IMG/VR virus record: IMGVR_UViG_3300015615_000629
Coordinates: 192,001 to 256,000 of that record
Length of the DNA stretch: 64,000 nucleotides
Reading direction: 5' to 3' (one strand)
Source of the DNA: a virus
Lineage: Duplodnaviria; Heunggongvirae; Uroviricota; Caudoviricetes
Shown here: positions 35,895 to 44,927 of the stretch, one piece after another
Layout of the letters: the number at the start of each line of letters is the position of its first letter
Position numbering within the stretch: the stretch's first letter is position 1
The notes under the pieces: model-generated
What the model was told of the DNA's origin: nothing
Seen by the model: only the letters and a program-made list of their open reading frames with translations
The model's database searches: none
Made by a program: the position numbers and the translations under genes

Positions 35895-37529
35895 TTATGT
35901 TAATTGGTATTTACTAGAAGAACCTTTACCACTTTCTATGCTGTCTATTACGTAGTTGAGACGTTCTTTTTGGATTGGATGCTCTGCGGCTTCTAACTTT
36001 TGCTTTAGAAAAGGTAAGAATTCTCTACCATTAATCCCGAGTTTAGACAATCCATAGTAGAAACCCCAGCCATTCATGAAGTCGAAAGCACTCATTATCA
36101 TCCTATAAAAACCGATTACTGTGGGGGTATCGGTTCCTGTGCTACCGAATAAATTGGCAACATTTTCATATACATGATGCGGACTTACTCCAAGTGCTTT
36201 ATGAAGTCTAGCAACTTCAGATACTATCTTTTGAGTAATCGGCTCTGGAATTGGCTTGTATATCTGTAGGCGGTCAAAGATATCATTGATGGACCCTACG
36301 TTACGCCAATACTCTGCTGGGTCTTTTATTATCAAATCTATTTTTTGACTAAGATCATTAGTAATTTGATTTTGAGCCAAATTTTTCAATACCGGATTAA
36401 ATTTATCAAATTTGTTGGCCACCCTAGTTTGTATATGACTAGATAATTTTTCAAATATTTCCGGTGAGATTACATCGGCCAAGGCTTCGAAATTGGTGTA
36501 CTCGATTAAATCCGGACGTTCAATAATAAGATTTCGAATTGCTTCTAACACTTCAGGCGACCATTTCTTATGTGGCCTGCTTAAAAACATGGCCAATGCT
36601 CGCTCTCCCATTTGTAATCCAACTGGACTCAAAACTTTTGTCTTCTCCAACATTTTCAAAATGTTGTAGTCGGTTGGGGCCGGAGTAACAAAGTGATCGC
36701 TGCCAAAGGTGTCTGAATAAGGGCCACCTTTTTTAATGTATCTTCCTGGTTTTATCTTGCCCTGCTTCGATTCAATCCACTTCTTTACCGTTTCCATAAA
36801 ACCTGGAACTGGGTCGCCATAAATAGACTCTTCAGGGATTGCTATAGACTTTCCAGATTTGCTTGAAAACCTTCTGATTAATATTCTTGCTTTTGCATCT
36901 TTAATACGAGTCCACTCTGGAGATTCTTTTGATCTTAATTCCTTGGCATAAGGGTCAAGAACGGCAGGAAGCAAATAGGCAACAAATCCACCATTTTTAA
37001 TTTCACAATAAACGGTCTTTCTGTTCTCTCCATCATCTAAATTCATACAAGAAGTCCAGTTTTGATCTGTAGACATTCGAGCGATATCGTGGATATTAGA
37101 TGAAATTACTACTTCATATTTCGCTTGTCCTTTACCAATCCGTGCTGGAGAATTTTCGAAGTCGTTCAGCAAATCCTTGTAATAATTATTAGCCATCCTT
37201 TGCTCATCTCTGAACTTACGTTCAGAATACTCGTCTTTTTTGGCTTCAATCTCTCTTAAATCCTTTTTCCATGCGGCATTAATTAATTTTCCAATTTTGA
37301 AAATGTTTTTGCCTTTTTGAGCCAATCCGGCAGAATAATCGGTTATTTCATAACCAGCGTCTTTGAGAAAATCAACCACAGATTTATCTGTTTTGTTTCG
37401 ACGGTATAATGGAAGATATATCCGTTCAGTTGGAAACCAGTCTTTAAAGGCAAAACTTCTATTTGAGGCAGCAGAAATTACCTTATCGACATGTTGAGAA
37501 TAATCTTCGAGCCAAAGCCTGAAATCCAC
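35895..37529 (-). CDS. putative virion-internal protein with CTS-like leader
   Basis: GTG start with SD GAGGAG; MDFRLWLE; DIARMS..NWTSCM. Confidence 0.7.
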   Translation of the reverse strand: MDFRLWLEDYSQHVDKVISAASNRSFAFKDWFPTERIYLPLYRRNKTDKSVVDFLKDAGYEITDYSAGLAQKGKNIFKIGKLINAAWKKDLREIEAKKDEYSERKFRDEQRMANNYYKDLLNDFENSPARIGKGQAKYEVVISSNIHDIARMSTDQNWTSCMNLDDGENRKTVYCEIKNGGFVAYLLPAVLDPYAKELRSKESPEWTRIKDAKARILIRRFSSKSGKSIAIPEESIYGDPVPGFMETVKKWIESKQGKIKPGRYIKKGGPYSDTFGSDHFVTPAPTDYNILKMLEKTKVLSPVGLQMGERALAMFLSRPHKKWSPEVLEAIRNLIIERPDLIEYTNFEALADVISPEIFEKLSSHIQTRVANKFDKFNPVLKNLAQNQITNDLSQKIDLIIKDPAEYWRNVGSINDIFDRLQIYKPIPEPITQKIVSEVARLHKALGVSPHHVYENVANLFGSTGTDTPTVIGFYRMIMSAFDFMNGWGFYYGLSKLGINGREFLPFLKQKLEAAEHPIQKERLNYVIDSIESGKGSSSKYQLT

Positions 37530-37540
37530 ATTATTCTCCT

Positions 37541-38017
37541 CTATCGTTTTTTATAATCTCTAAACGATTTCAATCCAGTTCTTTGCTCAACAGGCTTATC
37601 TTTCTGCTCAACAATGGGTTCTTCTTCAGTTTTCTGAACTATTCTATTGAGTTGAATCTTAGTTTGAACGGGTTCTGTTTCTTCGTTCTTTTTAGAAAAA
37701 CTAATTTCTACAGAATTCTTAAGGTTTACTTGAGCTTCATACAATTTGAAATAGGTGGAATCGGCAATTGCCTCAACCACCAATCTGCCTTCTTTATTAT
37801 CAAATTCCTTGAGTTTGGGAATGTGTATTTCGCAGGTGCCGTCTTCTTTTATATTTCCGTAAAAGAACAAGTTTTTATTGTCTTCAAATTCTAAACATAA
37901 TCTTATTTCTACCGAATCCTTGGAGGCTCCATCGATAGCGATGTTACAATTAAAGGTTTCTCCTTTATTTTTGTAAATCGTTAGGCTGTCTACCTTTGGG
38001 TTATTTTCGTTTTGCAT
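37541..38017 (-). CDS. hypothetical protein (structural-gene neighbourhood)
   Basis: ATG at 38017 overlaps previous gene end; C-terminal KSFRDY. Confidence 0.65.
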   Translation of the reverse strand: MQNENNPKVDSLTIYKNKGETFNCNIAIDGASKDSVEIRLCLEFEDNKNLFFYGNIKEDGTCEIHIPKLKEFDNKEGRLVVEAIADSTYFKLYEAQVNLKNSVEISFSKKNEETEPVQTKIQLNRIVQKTEEEPIVEQKDKPVEQRTGLKSFRDYKKR

Positions 38018-39716
38018 ATTTTTGTCCAATATTCGATAAAATCAGCTTAGGCATTTGGGGATTATACCCTACTAAAGTCACGTTATCCGCAGACAATGCC
38101 ACGCTTTCTTTAACTTCTCTAATATGTTCGTATATATTGTTTTTATACTTAAATTTAATAGTTATTATTCGACCAACAGACCTGTTAGAACCAATAAACG
38201 CACCAACAACAGAACCGCGACCCAAGTCGTATCGGTACGGATTGGAACCTGGCTTTGCGGGAGCGGGGATGATGGTTGCTTCGGCAAATAGATTAGATTC
38301 ACAGTTAAAAGGAACAGATGTGTCAATTCTTGATACAGTTCCGTCTGCATTTAACTGTGAATCGACCGATAAATTAGCCGAACCACTATAATCCACAAAA
38401 GCATTAGCGGCTAAAGAGGATGCACCTTCGATAAAGGAAATAGCAGATATTGCAAGTTCCGCAATGGGATCGCAGCTTGAATCTCCACTAAGATTACATT
38501 GACCACCCTTGAAAAGGTGGGCGGAAGCCGTTATTGACGAATTTCCTTCAATGCTCGTCGAAGCATTATGTAAAACACTACCAGAACAGACTATTGAAGA
38601 TTCGCCGTTTAAACTGACAGTTGCAGTATGGGCAACCGTTGCCGTAGCAGTTAAACTACTATCTCCGCTTAATATCGCACTACTAGACGAATTTTGAACC
38701 GTCCCAGCAGCAAAGAGTGAAGAATCACATTCCAAACTCACTTCAGCAAGATGTAAAACTTCGGAATTAACAGTTAAACTAGAATCTGCATCTAAAGAAC
38801 AATTACCAACAAAATCACATATAGCAACCGAACTTAATGTTGAAGTGCCATCAAGTGTTACGGCCGCCGCATAGACTACTGCAGAATTAACAGTTAAACT
38901 AGAATCTGCATCTAAAGAACAATTACCAACAAAATCACATATAGCAACCGAACTTAATGTTGTATTGACTGCTAAATTAACGGATGCAGTATGTGCTACA
39001 CTTGAATCTACGCTGAATGTTGCGGTATTTTCAAATGTACAACCACCTTCAAATAACAAGCCAGCCGCAGATGATAAAGTTGAATTTACAGACAATGCAG
39101 ATGTAGCAGTATGTGCCACAAACGCATTTACACTTAATGTTGCAGTGCTGTCAAGCGTTACAGCAGCCACGTAAGAAACTTCGGAATTAACAGTTAAACT
39201 AGAATCTGCATCTAAAGAACAATCGCCGACAAAATCGCATACAGCAACCGAACTTAACGTTGAAGTGCTATCAAGAGTAGATGTGGCAGTATGTGCTACA
39301 AATGAATCGACACTTAACGTTGAAGTGCTATCAAGAGTAGATGTAGTAGTATGTAAAACTTCGGAATTAACACTTAAACTAGAATCTGCATCTAAAGAAC
39401 AATCACCAACAAAATCACATACAGCAACAGAGCCTAATGTTGCAGTGACTGCCAAATTGACAGTTGCACCATGTTGTACGTTTGAATCGACACTTAAAGT
39501 TGCAGTGCTATCAAGAGTAGATGTGGCGGTATGAGCCACAAATGAATCGGCACTTAATGTTGAAGTTGCATCTAAACTGGCACTACCGTTATGAGTAGTG
39601 CCAGATGACACCTCTTGAGGGATAAAAGGCCGACGTTTTCTTCTATAAACTACCCGTAAGAAATTCCTGGGAAAGGAATTTCCAGAATTATAATATTCTG
39701 ACGGGTCTAGAGGCAT
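38001..39716 (-). CDS. Ser/Thr/Ala-rich 20-aa-repeat protein, probable tail/fibre-associated
   Basis: repeats such as CDFVGDCSLDADSSLTVNSEV; TAGATA 5 nt before ATG. Confidence 0.7.
   Translation of the reverse strand: MPLDPSEYYNSGNSFPRNFLRVVYRRKRRPFIPQEVSSGTTHNGSASLDATSTLSADSFVAHTATSTLDSTATLSVDSNVQHGATVNLAVTATLGSVAVCDFVGDCSLDADSSLSVNSEVLHTTTSTLDSTSTLSVDSFVAHTATSTLDSTSTLSSVAVCDFVGDCSLDADSSLTVNSEVSYVAAVTLDSTATLSVNAFVAHTATSALSVNSTLSSAAGLLFEGGCTFENTATFSVDSSVAHTASVNLAVNTTLSSVAICDFVGNCSLDADSSLTVNSAVVYAAAVTLDGTSTLSSVAICDFVGNCSLDADSSLTVNSEVLHLAEVSLECDSSLFAAGTVQNSSSSAILSGDSSLTATATVAHTATVSLNGESSIVCSGSVLHNASTSIEGNSSITASAHLFKGGQCNLSGDSSCDPIAELAISAISFIEGASSLAANAFVDYSGSANLSVDSQLNADGTVSRIDTSVPFNCESNLFAEATIIPAPAKPGSNPYRYDLGRGSVVGAFIGSNRSVGRIITIKFKYKNNIYEHIREVKESVALSADNVTLVGYNPQMPKLILSNIGQKYAKRK
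38750..39570. repeat. 60-bp-period intragenic repeats
   Basis: GAATTAACAGTTAAACTAGAATCTGCATCTAAAGAACAAT-type copies near 38764, 38884, 39184, 39364 (offsets are multiples of 60). Confidence 0.85.
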
Positions 39717-39733
39717 TCTATTATCTAGTTAGA

Positions 39734-40165
39734 TTATGCCAATGTAACATCTAAATCATTCGTAGAAAAAGTAAATGTATCTCCGCTAGTAACTGTCTTA
39801 GAAACAGACAAAGTGCCATAAAACAATAAATTTCCGGCATCATAAGTAGCACTATCTGTGATAGCCACAGCCACTATCGTGCCCCAGCTGCCAGATGCAG
39901 TTGGAAACGTAATATCTGAAAGATTAGAGGTTGCTCCGGAAGAAATTGCCGCCCAATTAGCATCATCTGGGTCTAAGGTTTGCCTTGCATAACTACCAGA
40001 ATTGGGAACTTCATTGCCGGTACTAGTGGAAAATTCGCCAGTATCATTTGCATCGGCTGCTGTTGTCAATAAAGCAATAGCAAGTGTTGTCGGCTTGCTA
40101 AAAGTCCCATCCCTAAATATATGAGTTAATACTTGTCCACGCAAATAATCAGACATTGCTGCCAT
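39734..40165 (-). CDS. phage tail-fibre/baseplate-associated protein
   Basis: MAAMSDYL..., EV..GSYARQ, ITFPTA..SWGTI, GNLLFYG.L..SKTV..GDTF. Confidence 0.75.
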   Translation of the reverse strand: MAAMSDYLRGQVLTHIFRDGTFSKPTTLAIALLTTAADANDTGEFSTSTGNEVPNSGSYARQTLDPDDANWAAISSGATSNLSDITFPTASGSWGTIVAVAITDSATYDAGNLLFYGTLSVSKTVTSGDTFTFSTNDLDVTLA

Positions 40166-40198
40166 AGTTTAAATCTCCTGTATCTATATTAGTGTGTT

Positions 40199-40666
40199 TT
40201 ATCCGATTTCTCTAAAAGTAATCTGAACGGTACAATCAAAAGAAGCCGATGGATTAGCCGTTAATTTAAGCCCGACTGTAGCGGATGGAGGTATAATCGA
40301 TCTTTCTTCTGGCAATGGATCATACCTATAACCGGCTAAATTATTAAATCCTTGCTTATCTATTGCGTTTGCGGCATAAGTTGGCTCACTCGCTGTAACA
40401 TTATAAGCAACAGTGGCACTTGTATTTGCACTACCAACTTCCGTTTTAGTCACGGCAGAAGCAGCTAAATCAGACTTAGTTGGCGTTCCAAGGCTAGTTA
40501 CACGAGCCAAAGCCGCCTCCATCTGGGAGGAAGTGCTGTTAGTTCGATTTGTGACAGTAGCTTCTAATATTTCTATACACATTGTCGAAGGGGCTGTAAT
40601 ATACATTAATGTTTTAGCCGCACTTACGCTGCTGATATCTACGCTGGCGATGTATACGTCTCTCAT
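40199..40666 (-). CDS. putative virion structural protein
   Basis: beta-rich S/T/A composition, inside tail cluster. Confidence 0.6.
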   Translation of the reverse strand: MRDVYIASVDISSVSAAKTLMYITAPSTMCIEILEATVTNRTNSTSSQMEAALARVTSLGTPTKSDLAASAVTKTEVGSANTSATVAYNVTASEPTYAANAIDKQGFNNLAGYRYDPLPEERSIIPPSATVGLKLTANPSASFDCTVQITFREIG

Positions 40667-42099
40667 CTAACTCTCCTTACCTTTTGCACTACTGTATTTG
40701 CTATGCTTTGATATGCTCCAACACTTGGATACGACGTAAAAGTCTTAGAATATCCACTTAATTGGAGAAAATTCCCACGCCCCATATTTATGGATTCCCC
40801 GTTAATTATTCTAAAGTCACCATTGGCGGCATCTGCATATGGATTATAAGAATAATCAATAGCACCAGAAATAACATAATTTGTTGCAGCACGAGGAGTA
40901 CCATTTCCATAAAAACCACAATTTATTATAAGTCCGGATGTTAAATTAGGATTTGAATTTACAACTGAAACGCCATTTCCGGTATTGTTTACAAAGTTGC
41001 AATTTTCAATATAAACAGTTCCACGAGCACTTCCACCAGATGATGTGGTATCTCTAAAACCATCAACTGCATTTCCGTAAGAATCGCAATTTACTAAACA
41101 TACAGGAGCGGTTCCGCCAGTGTTAAGAACAAACCCAGAACCTCCATTTGTGTCAGCAATGCAGCCAATTAAAGAACAACCCACAGCACCACTTGAATTT
41201 ATCATATATCCTGGTCTGGCTGTATTGCCTGTGCTATCATGTGACACGCATCTTACTAAACATCCACTTGTCACAAGAAAATTACCAGAAGCAGTGTTAT
41301 TTACAGTATTGCAAACATAAGCTTCGCATTCTACAAGCAAGCCCCCTTGGATAGTACACCCCGCACCCCATGCATTACGAAATGCACAATTATAAATTGT
41401 CGAGTTGTTCGTACCACCAGCACCCGTGCTAAACATAGCAACATGCCCGCCAGAGGTGCCATTAGAATCAAGAATCATATTTTTGATAAAAATTCCACTA
41501 GCGGTGGTTCCAAATAGTTGTATGGCCGTCCCGCTTGTTGGACCTTTGATGAGAAAACGGCCACCATCTCCAACCGAACTGGTATAACCTTCTATGGTAA
41601 TTGGACCATTATTGGCCATGTTCCCGCCAGCACCCGTCAACGTATAATCTGTTGTAGTGTTATCTCCGGTTCCTTTCACGTTCACTCTAACTGGATTAGA
41701 ACTGGTATTAACTGCTGCATTGGTAATAAAACTAAGTGGAAAAATGCTGGCCGCGTTAGGGCCAGCCCAAGCTCCGCCAATTTTACAAGTCCTACCCGTC
41801 GCACCAGTAGTAGTGGTGCCCGATCTAGCCGTTGTACTTATGTCGATGCTTGCTCCACCACCATTAATGGCTGTAACTCGGCCTATTAATGTGGTGACAG
41901 TGGCGGCGTCTAGATAAATGCTGGCAAATTCACCAACAGAAACGCCAGAAAATGGAGTACCAGAAGCCGCTGTGAAACGATTAGCAGCGGCGTTACCCCA
42001 ATCGCCATTTGCACTAGTGACAGATGCACTATCGGCTGTAGTAGAGCCGGCATTTAGATTACTGCCGGTAGATTGGACATAAAACTCGGTAAAAGCCAT
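40663..42099 (-). CDS. pectin-lyase-like beta-helix protein (tailspike/receptor-binding candidate)
   Basis: G/S/T/N-rich; recurring I.NC.F.N turns; TATATA 5 nt before ATG. Confidence 0.7.
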   Translation of the reverse strand: MAFTEFYVQSTGSNLNAGSTTADSASVTSANGDWGNAAANRFTAASGTPFSGVSVGEFASIYLDAATVTTLIGRVTAINGGGASIDISTTARSGTTTTGATGRTCKIGGAWAGPNAASIFPLSFITNAAVNTSSNPVRVNVKGTGDNTTTDYTLTGAGGNMANNGPITIEGYTSSVGDGGRFLIKGPTSGTAIQLFGTTASGIFIKNMILDSNGTSGGHVAMFSTGAGGTNNSTIYNCAFRNAWGAGCTIQGGLLVECEAYVCNTVNNTASGNFLVTSGCLVRCVSHDSTGNTARPGYMINSSGAVGCSLIGCIADTNGGSGFVLNTGGTAPVCLVNCDSYGNAVDGFRDTTSSGGSARGTVYIENCNFVNNTGNGVSVVNSNPNLTSGLIINCGFYGNGTPRAATNYVISGAIDYSYNPYADAANGDFRIINGESINMGRGNFLQLSGYSKTFTSYPSVGAYQSIANTVVQKVRRVR

Positions 42100-42120
42100 T
42101 TACCTATATATGAGTAACAA

Positions 42121-42426
42121 CTATTCATTAAATCCAACCAATCTCTGAATTGGACTGCCCAATAATTTAGTGCGTGCCTCTGCCCTCTTGTCGAATTCCT
42201 GCTTGACGGCGATTGCCTTAGCCAATCTAACTTCGGCCATACCGTCATCATCTGGAAAATACCAGCCTTCAGGGTCATCGTCTGTAACAACATCGAAATA
42301 ACCCGTGCCATCGTCATTTCGGGTCGCTCTAAGACATAAACCTAACGGATGAAAGAACTTACGGTTTGCTTCTTGAAGAAAACCGCCATCGCAAAATTCT
42401 TTGACATTCATAATCTTATCGGTCAT
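42121..42426 (-). CDS. hypothetical phage protein
   Basis: GFLQEANRKFFHPLGL, DPEG. Confidence 0.65.
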   Translation of the reverse strand: MTDKIMNVKEFCDGGFLQEANRKFFHPLGLCLRATRNDDGTGYFDVVTDDDPEGWYFPDDDGMAEVRLAKAIAVKQEFDKRAEARTKLLGSPIQRLVGFNE

Positions 42427-42860
42427 TTTATCCCAAGTTCTTTCTTAATCTTCTTGCGTTCTTCTGCCAGTCTGGTTTCTAGCATCTTCTTTTTTTCTCG
42501 ATAACTCTTGGTCTTTTCTTTTTTTGCTGCTTCCTTTTTCTCGACCTCTTCAATAATCTCTCTCGTTCTGGCTACAATTTGGTCGTTGTCCATGAAAAGA
42601 AGTTCTTTTTCAAAACCATCAGGATAAGCCAAGTATAATTTGCCAGAGAATGCCCCAGCACTTACTAAATCGTATCGCAAAACCTGAGACAGACTGAACT
42701 CTTGTTCATCGTAATCGCACCACTCAAAATGGCACTTAAATGCCTTACAGAGCAAGTCTATAACTTCGTTTATCCTGTTTTCAATTTTTCCGCTAAGTTC
42801 GTCCGTTTTTTCCTGCTGGACAAAATATTCAGTAATATCATTTTCTGTTAACTTGTCCAT
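42423..42860 (-). CDS. hypothetical protein
   Basis: coupled ORF, coiled-coil tail. Confidence 0.6.
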   Translation of the reverse strand: MDKLTENDITEYFVQQEKTDELSGKIENRINEVIDLLCKAFKCHFEWCDYDEQEFSLSQVLRYDLVSAGAFSGKLYLAYPDGFEKELLFMDNDQIVARTREIIEEVEKKEAAKKEKTKSYREKKKMLETRLAEERKKIKKELGIK

Positions 42861-43261
42861 ATCATTCCTACCTTTCCATACAATTTTTCTACTTCGTCTC
42901 TATTATTGTGTTCATCACATAGTTGGAACATTTTTGTATCGACGATTGCCAATAATGTTGTCCATTCTCCACAAACTTGACATTTTCTCTGCGTATTTTT
43001 GTCCTCTGTTTTTAATCGAAGTTGGAAATCTAAAATATATTGCTTATAACATTCTTCTGCTTCTTCTTGCGTTTCATGACCACATTCGTGGAATTTATCA
43101 GAATTCTCTGTAATGCATTTAACATCTTCAGGGAACAAATTATAGACTTCATTAGTAACATCTGGCAGATGGCAATAACCAACAGGGTATATAAAATTAT
43201 CGTTCTGACACGTGTAGTCCCATTTGCCATCTTTACGTTGTTTGGCTGAGTAATAATTCAC
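42848..43261 (-). CDS. hypothetical zinc-binding protein
   Basis: GYCH, H.CGH, CQVC, LCDEH. Confidence 0.6.
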   Translation of the reverse strand: MNYYSAKQRKDGKWDYTCQNDNFIYPVGYCHLPDVTNEVYNLFPEDVKCITENSDKFHECGHETQEEAEECYKQYILDFQLRLKTEDKNTQRKCQVCGEWTTLLAIVDTKMFQLCDEHNNRDEVEKLYGKVGMIWTS

Positions 43262-43710
43262 TTTACTTCCTCGGGAACAACATAAATAGTTCCATCGCCT
43301 GATGGATAGAATTGCAATTCTATTTCTTTCTGTTTTTCACCTTCACGTATTACGCGGGAAGGTTGACGACTACAGCCAATAAAGAAGAAACACAATAACA
43401 TTAGTCCTAGTCCTAAAAGCGGATGTTTCTTGTAAGTTTCGGCAGCGGCGTCGAAAGCACCTTTTGCTATTTTCATTTCCTTAATTATTTCTTCATCAAT
43501 TTTGATAATGTTCACAGGAATTATATCGCCATTAATGGCTCCCCAGAAACCGTCCATTAGAAAAGTCGCTTCAATTACATCGGCTTTTGTACCTTCTAAA
43601 TAAGCCAATTTCTTCCCTTTACAAGACATAATGGCAAAAACGCCATTATCTGGCAATCTATGAAAAAACTTTTCTCTTAATTGATCAATATCCGATGGAT
43701 TACTGTTCAT
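43258..43710 (-). CDS. hypothetical membrane protein
   Basis: internal TM LLGLGLMLLCFFFIGC; start uncertain. Confidence 0.55.
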   Translation of the reverse strand: MNSNPSDIDQLREKFFHRLPDNGVFAIMSCKGKKLAYLEGTKADVIEATFLMDGFWGAINGDIIPVNIIKIDEEIIKEMKIAKGAFDAAAETYKKHPLLGLGLMLLCFFFIGCSRQPSRVIREGEKQKEIELQFYPSGDGTIYVVPEEVK

Positions 43711-43939
43711 CTTTTTTACTCGAATGAGCGAACATTTTCGATAAACGACTAGTGGCACTTCTGTTTGGGTCTGACAAGCCGTTATCTAGACGATTTCGAT
43801 TTGTCGTATAAAGTCCAAATTCATCCTTAAGGACTACTTTGGTTTCATCACCCAACTTTTCAGTTTCTGCCTTGTCAATCATAGAGGCGTGACTGCCGAA
43901 TACACTTGGATATGCGTAACTACTTTTCTTTTCTGCCAT
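43700..43939 (-). CDS. hypothetical protein
   Basis: 79 aa with SD AGGA. Confidence 0.6.
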   Translation of the reverse strand: MAEKKSSYAYPSVFGSHASMIDKAETEKLGDETKVVLKDEFGLYTTNRNRLDNGLSDPNRSATSRLSKMFAHSSKKDEQ

Positions 43940-43948
43940 TGTTATTTC

Positions 43949-44233
43949 CTATCTTAAATCACTTGATTGTTTTGGTTCGTTTATACAGCATCTGGGCTTA
44001 TCGGCCTTTGCTGACATCAACTTAAAGCCATGCTCTTTAGCTGCTTCGACGCATTTGTTTAAACTATCAATTAAAGATTCAACTTCTTCCTTGCCTAAAA
44101 CACATTCAAATCTAGTGTCGTTTTTGTCGGATTTCACAGTAAGTAAAACTTTACACTCTTTAGTTCTCATTACTTTGAGTAGGTTGTTGTCTACTCCTAT
44201 TTCGTCGGGGTATAACGCTGTTCTAACTTGCAT
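43949..44233 (-). CDS. hypothetical protein
   Basis: 94 aa in operon. Confidence 0.55.
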   Translation of the reverse strand: MQVRTALYPDEIGVDNNLLKVMRTKECKVLLTVKSDKNDTRFECVLGKEEVESLIDSLNKCVEAAKEHGFKLMSAKADKPRCCINEPKQSSDLR

Positions 44234-44234
44234 T

Positions 44235-44927
44235 TTAATGCTCCAAAAATACTAAATCTAATTTTCCAGGTTTAAAGCAGAATTGGCAAGACTGGCAATC
44301 TGGAGAATTTCCTGTCTGTTCGGGACATACGATTGCTTTCTTTCCAGTAACCGTTTTATACCTTTTATCAGAAAGTTTTTCAAGGCGAACGTCTGTACTT
44401 AGCCAAGCGGTTCGCCAACCATCAGGAACAGATTCATTAATTGTCTTATCCATACTTGCCCAAAGATGAACATTCGGCAATAACCTAAGTTCATTAAGAG
44501 CGACAAGCATCTCAGGAATCCGCCAAGAACGAGTATAACCAAAGAAAATTACTTCTGGATGCTGCTTAACAATTTTCGTCCAAGCATTTACATATTCAAC
44601 AGTTCCGAAGTCTCCGGAAATATGCCATCTCAAGCAACGAACCCCTTTGGGCAAGGGAGGAATATCGCTACCTCTTTTAGTGTTCGCTGTCAACATTTCC
44701 CAAACAGGATTATTTTGCACCAATCTTTTAGCATAACAAATTGCTTCACATTCATCTGATGAGCCAACACAAGTATAGATGTTTCCAGGCAACGAAGAAT
44801 ACGTGAAAATATCTTTACCAATTTTTGAATTTCCCTTACCGTATGGTGAGATAAAAGATCTTCTATCTTCAATAAGATGCACAGCCAAATCATCAGAATC
44901 AACTTTATACCTGGATGCTTCTGTCAT
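44235..44927 (-). CDS. GP88-family protein
   Basis: GNSKIG, C...C..ICYA, RWHISGDF, YTRSW, CP...C..C..C. Confidence 0.75.
   Translation of the reverse strand: MTEASRYKVDSDDLAVHLIEDRRSFISPYGKGNSKIGKDIFTYSSLPGNIYTCVGSSDECEAICYAKRLVQNNPVWEMLTANTKRGSDIPPLPKGVRCLRWHISGDFGTVEYVNAWTKIVKQHPEVIFFGYTRSWRIPEMLVALNELRLLPNVHLWASMDKTINESVPDGWRTAWLSTDVRLEKLSDKRYKTVTGKKAIVCPEQTGNSPDCQSCQFCFKPGKLDLVFLEH

Noticed and set aside
38750-39570. CRISPR array or DGR repeats
   Set aside because: Repeats are in frame within a CDS with a 60-bp period and no unique spacers; no cas or reverse transcriptase gene seen.
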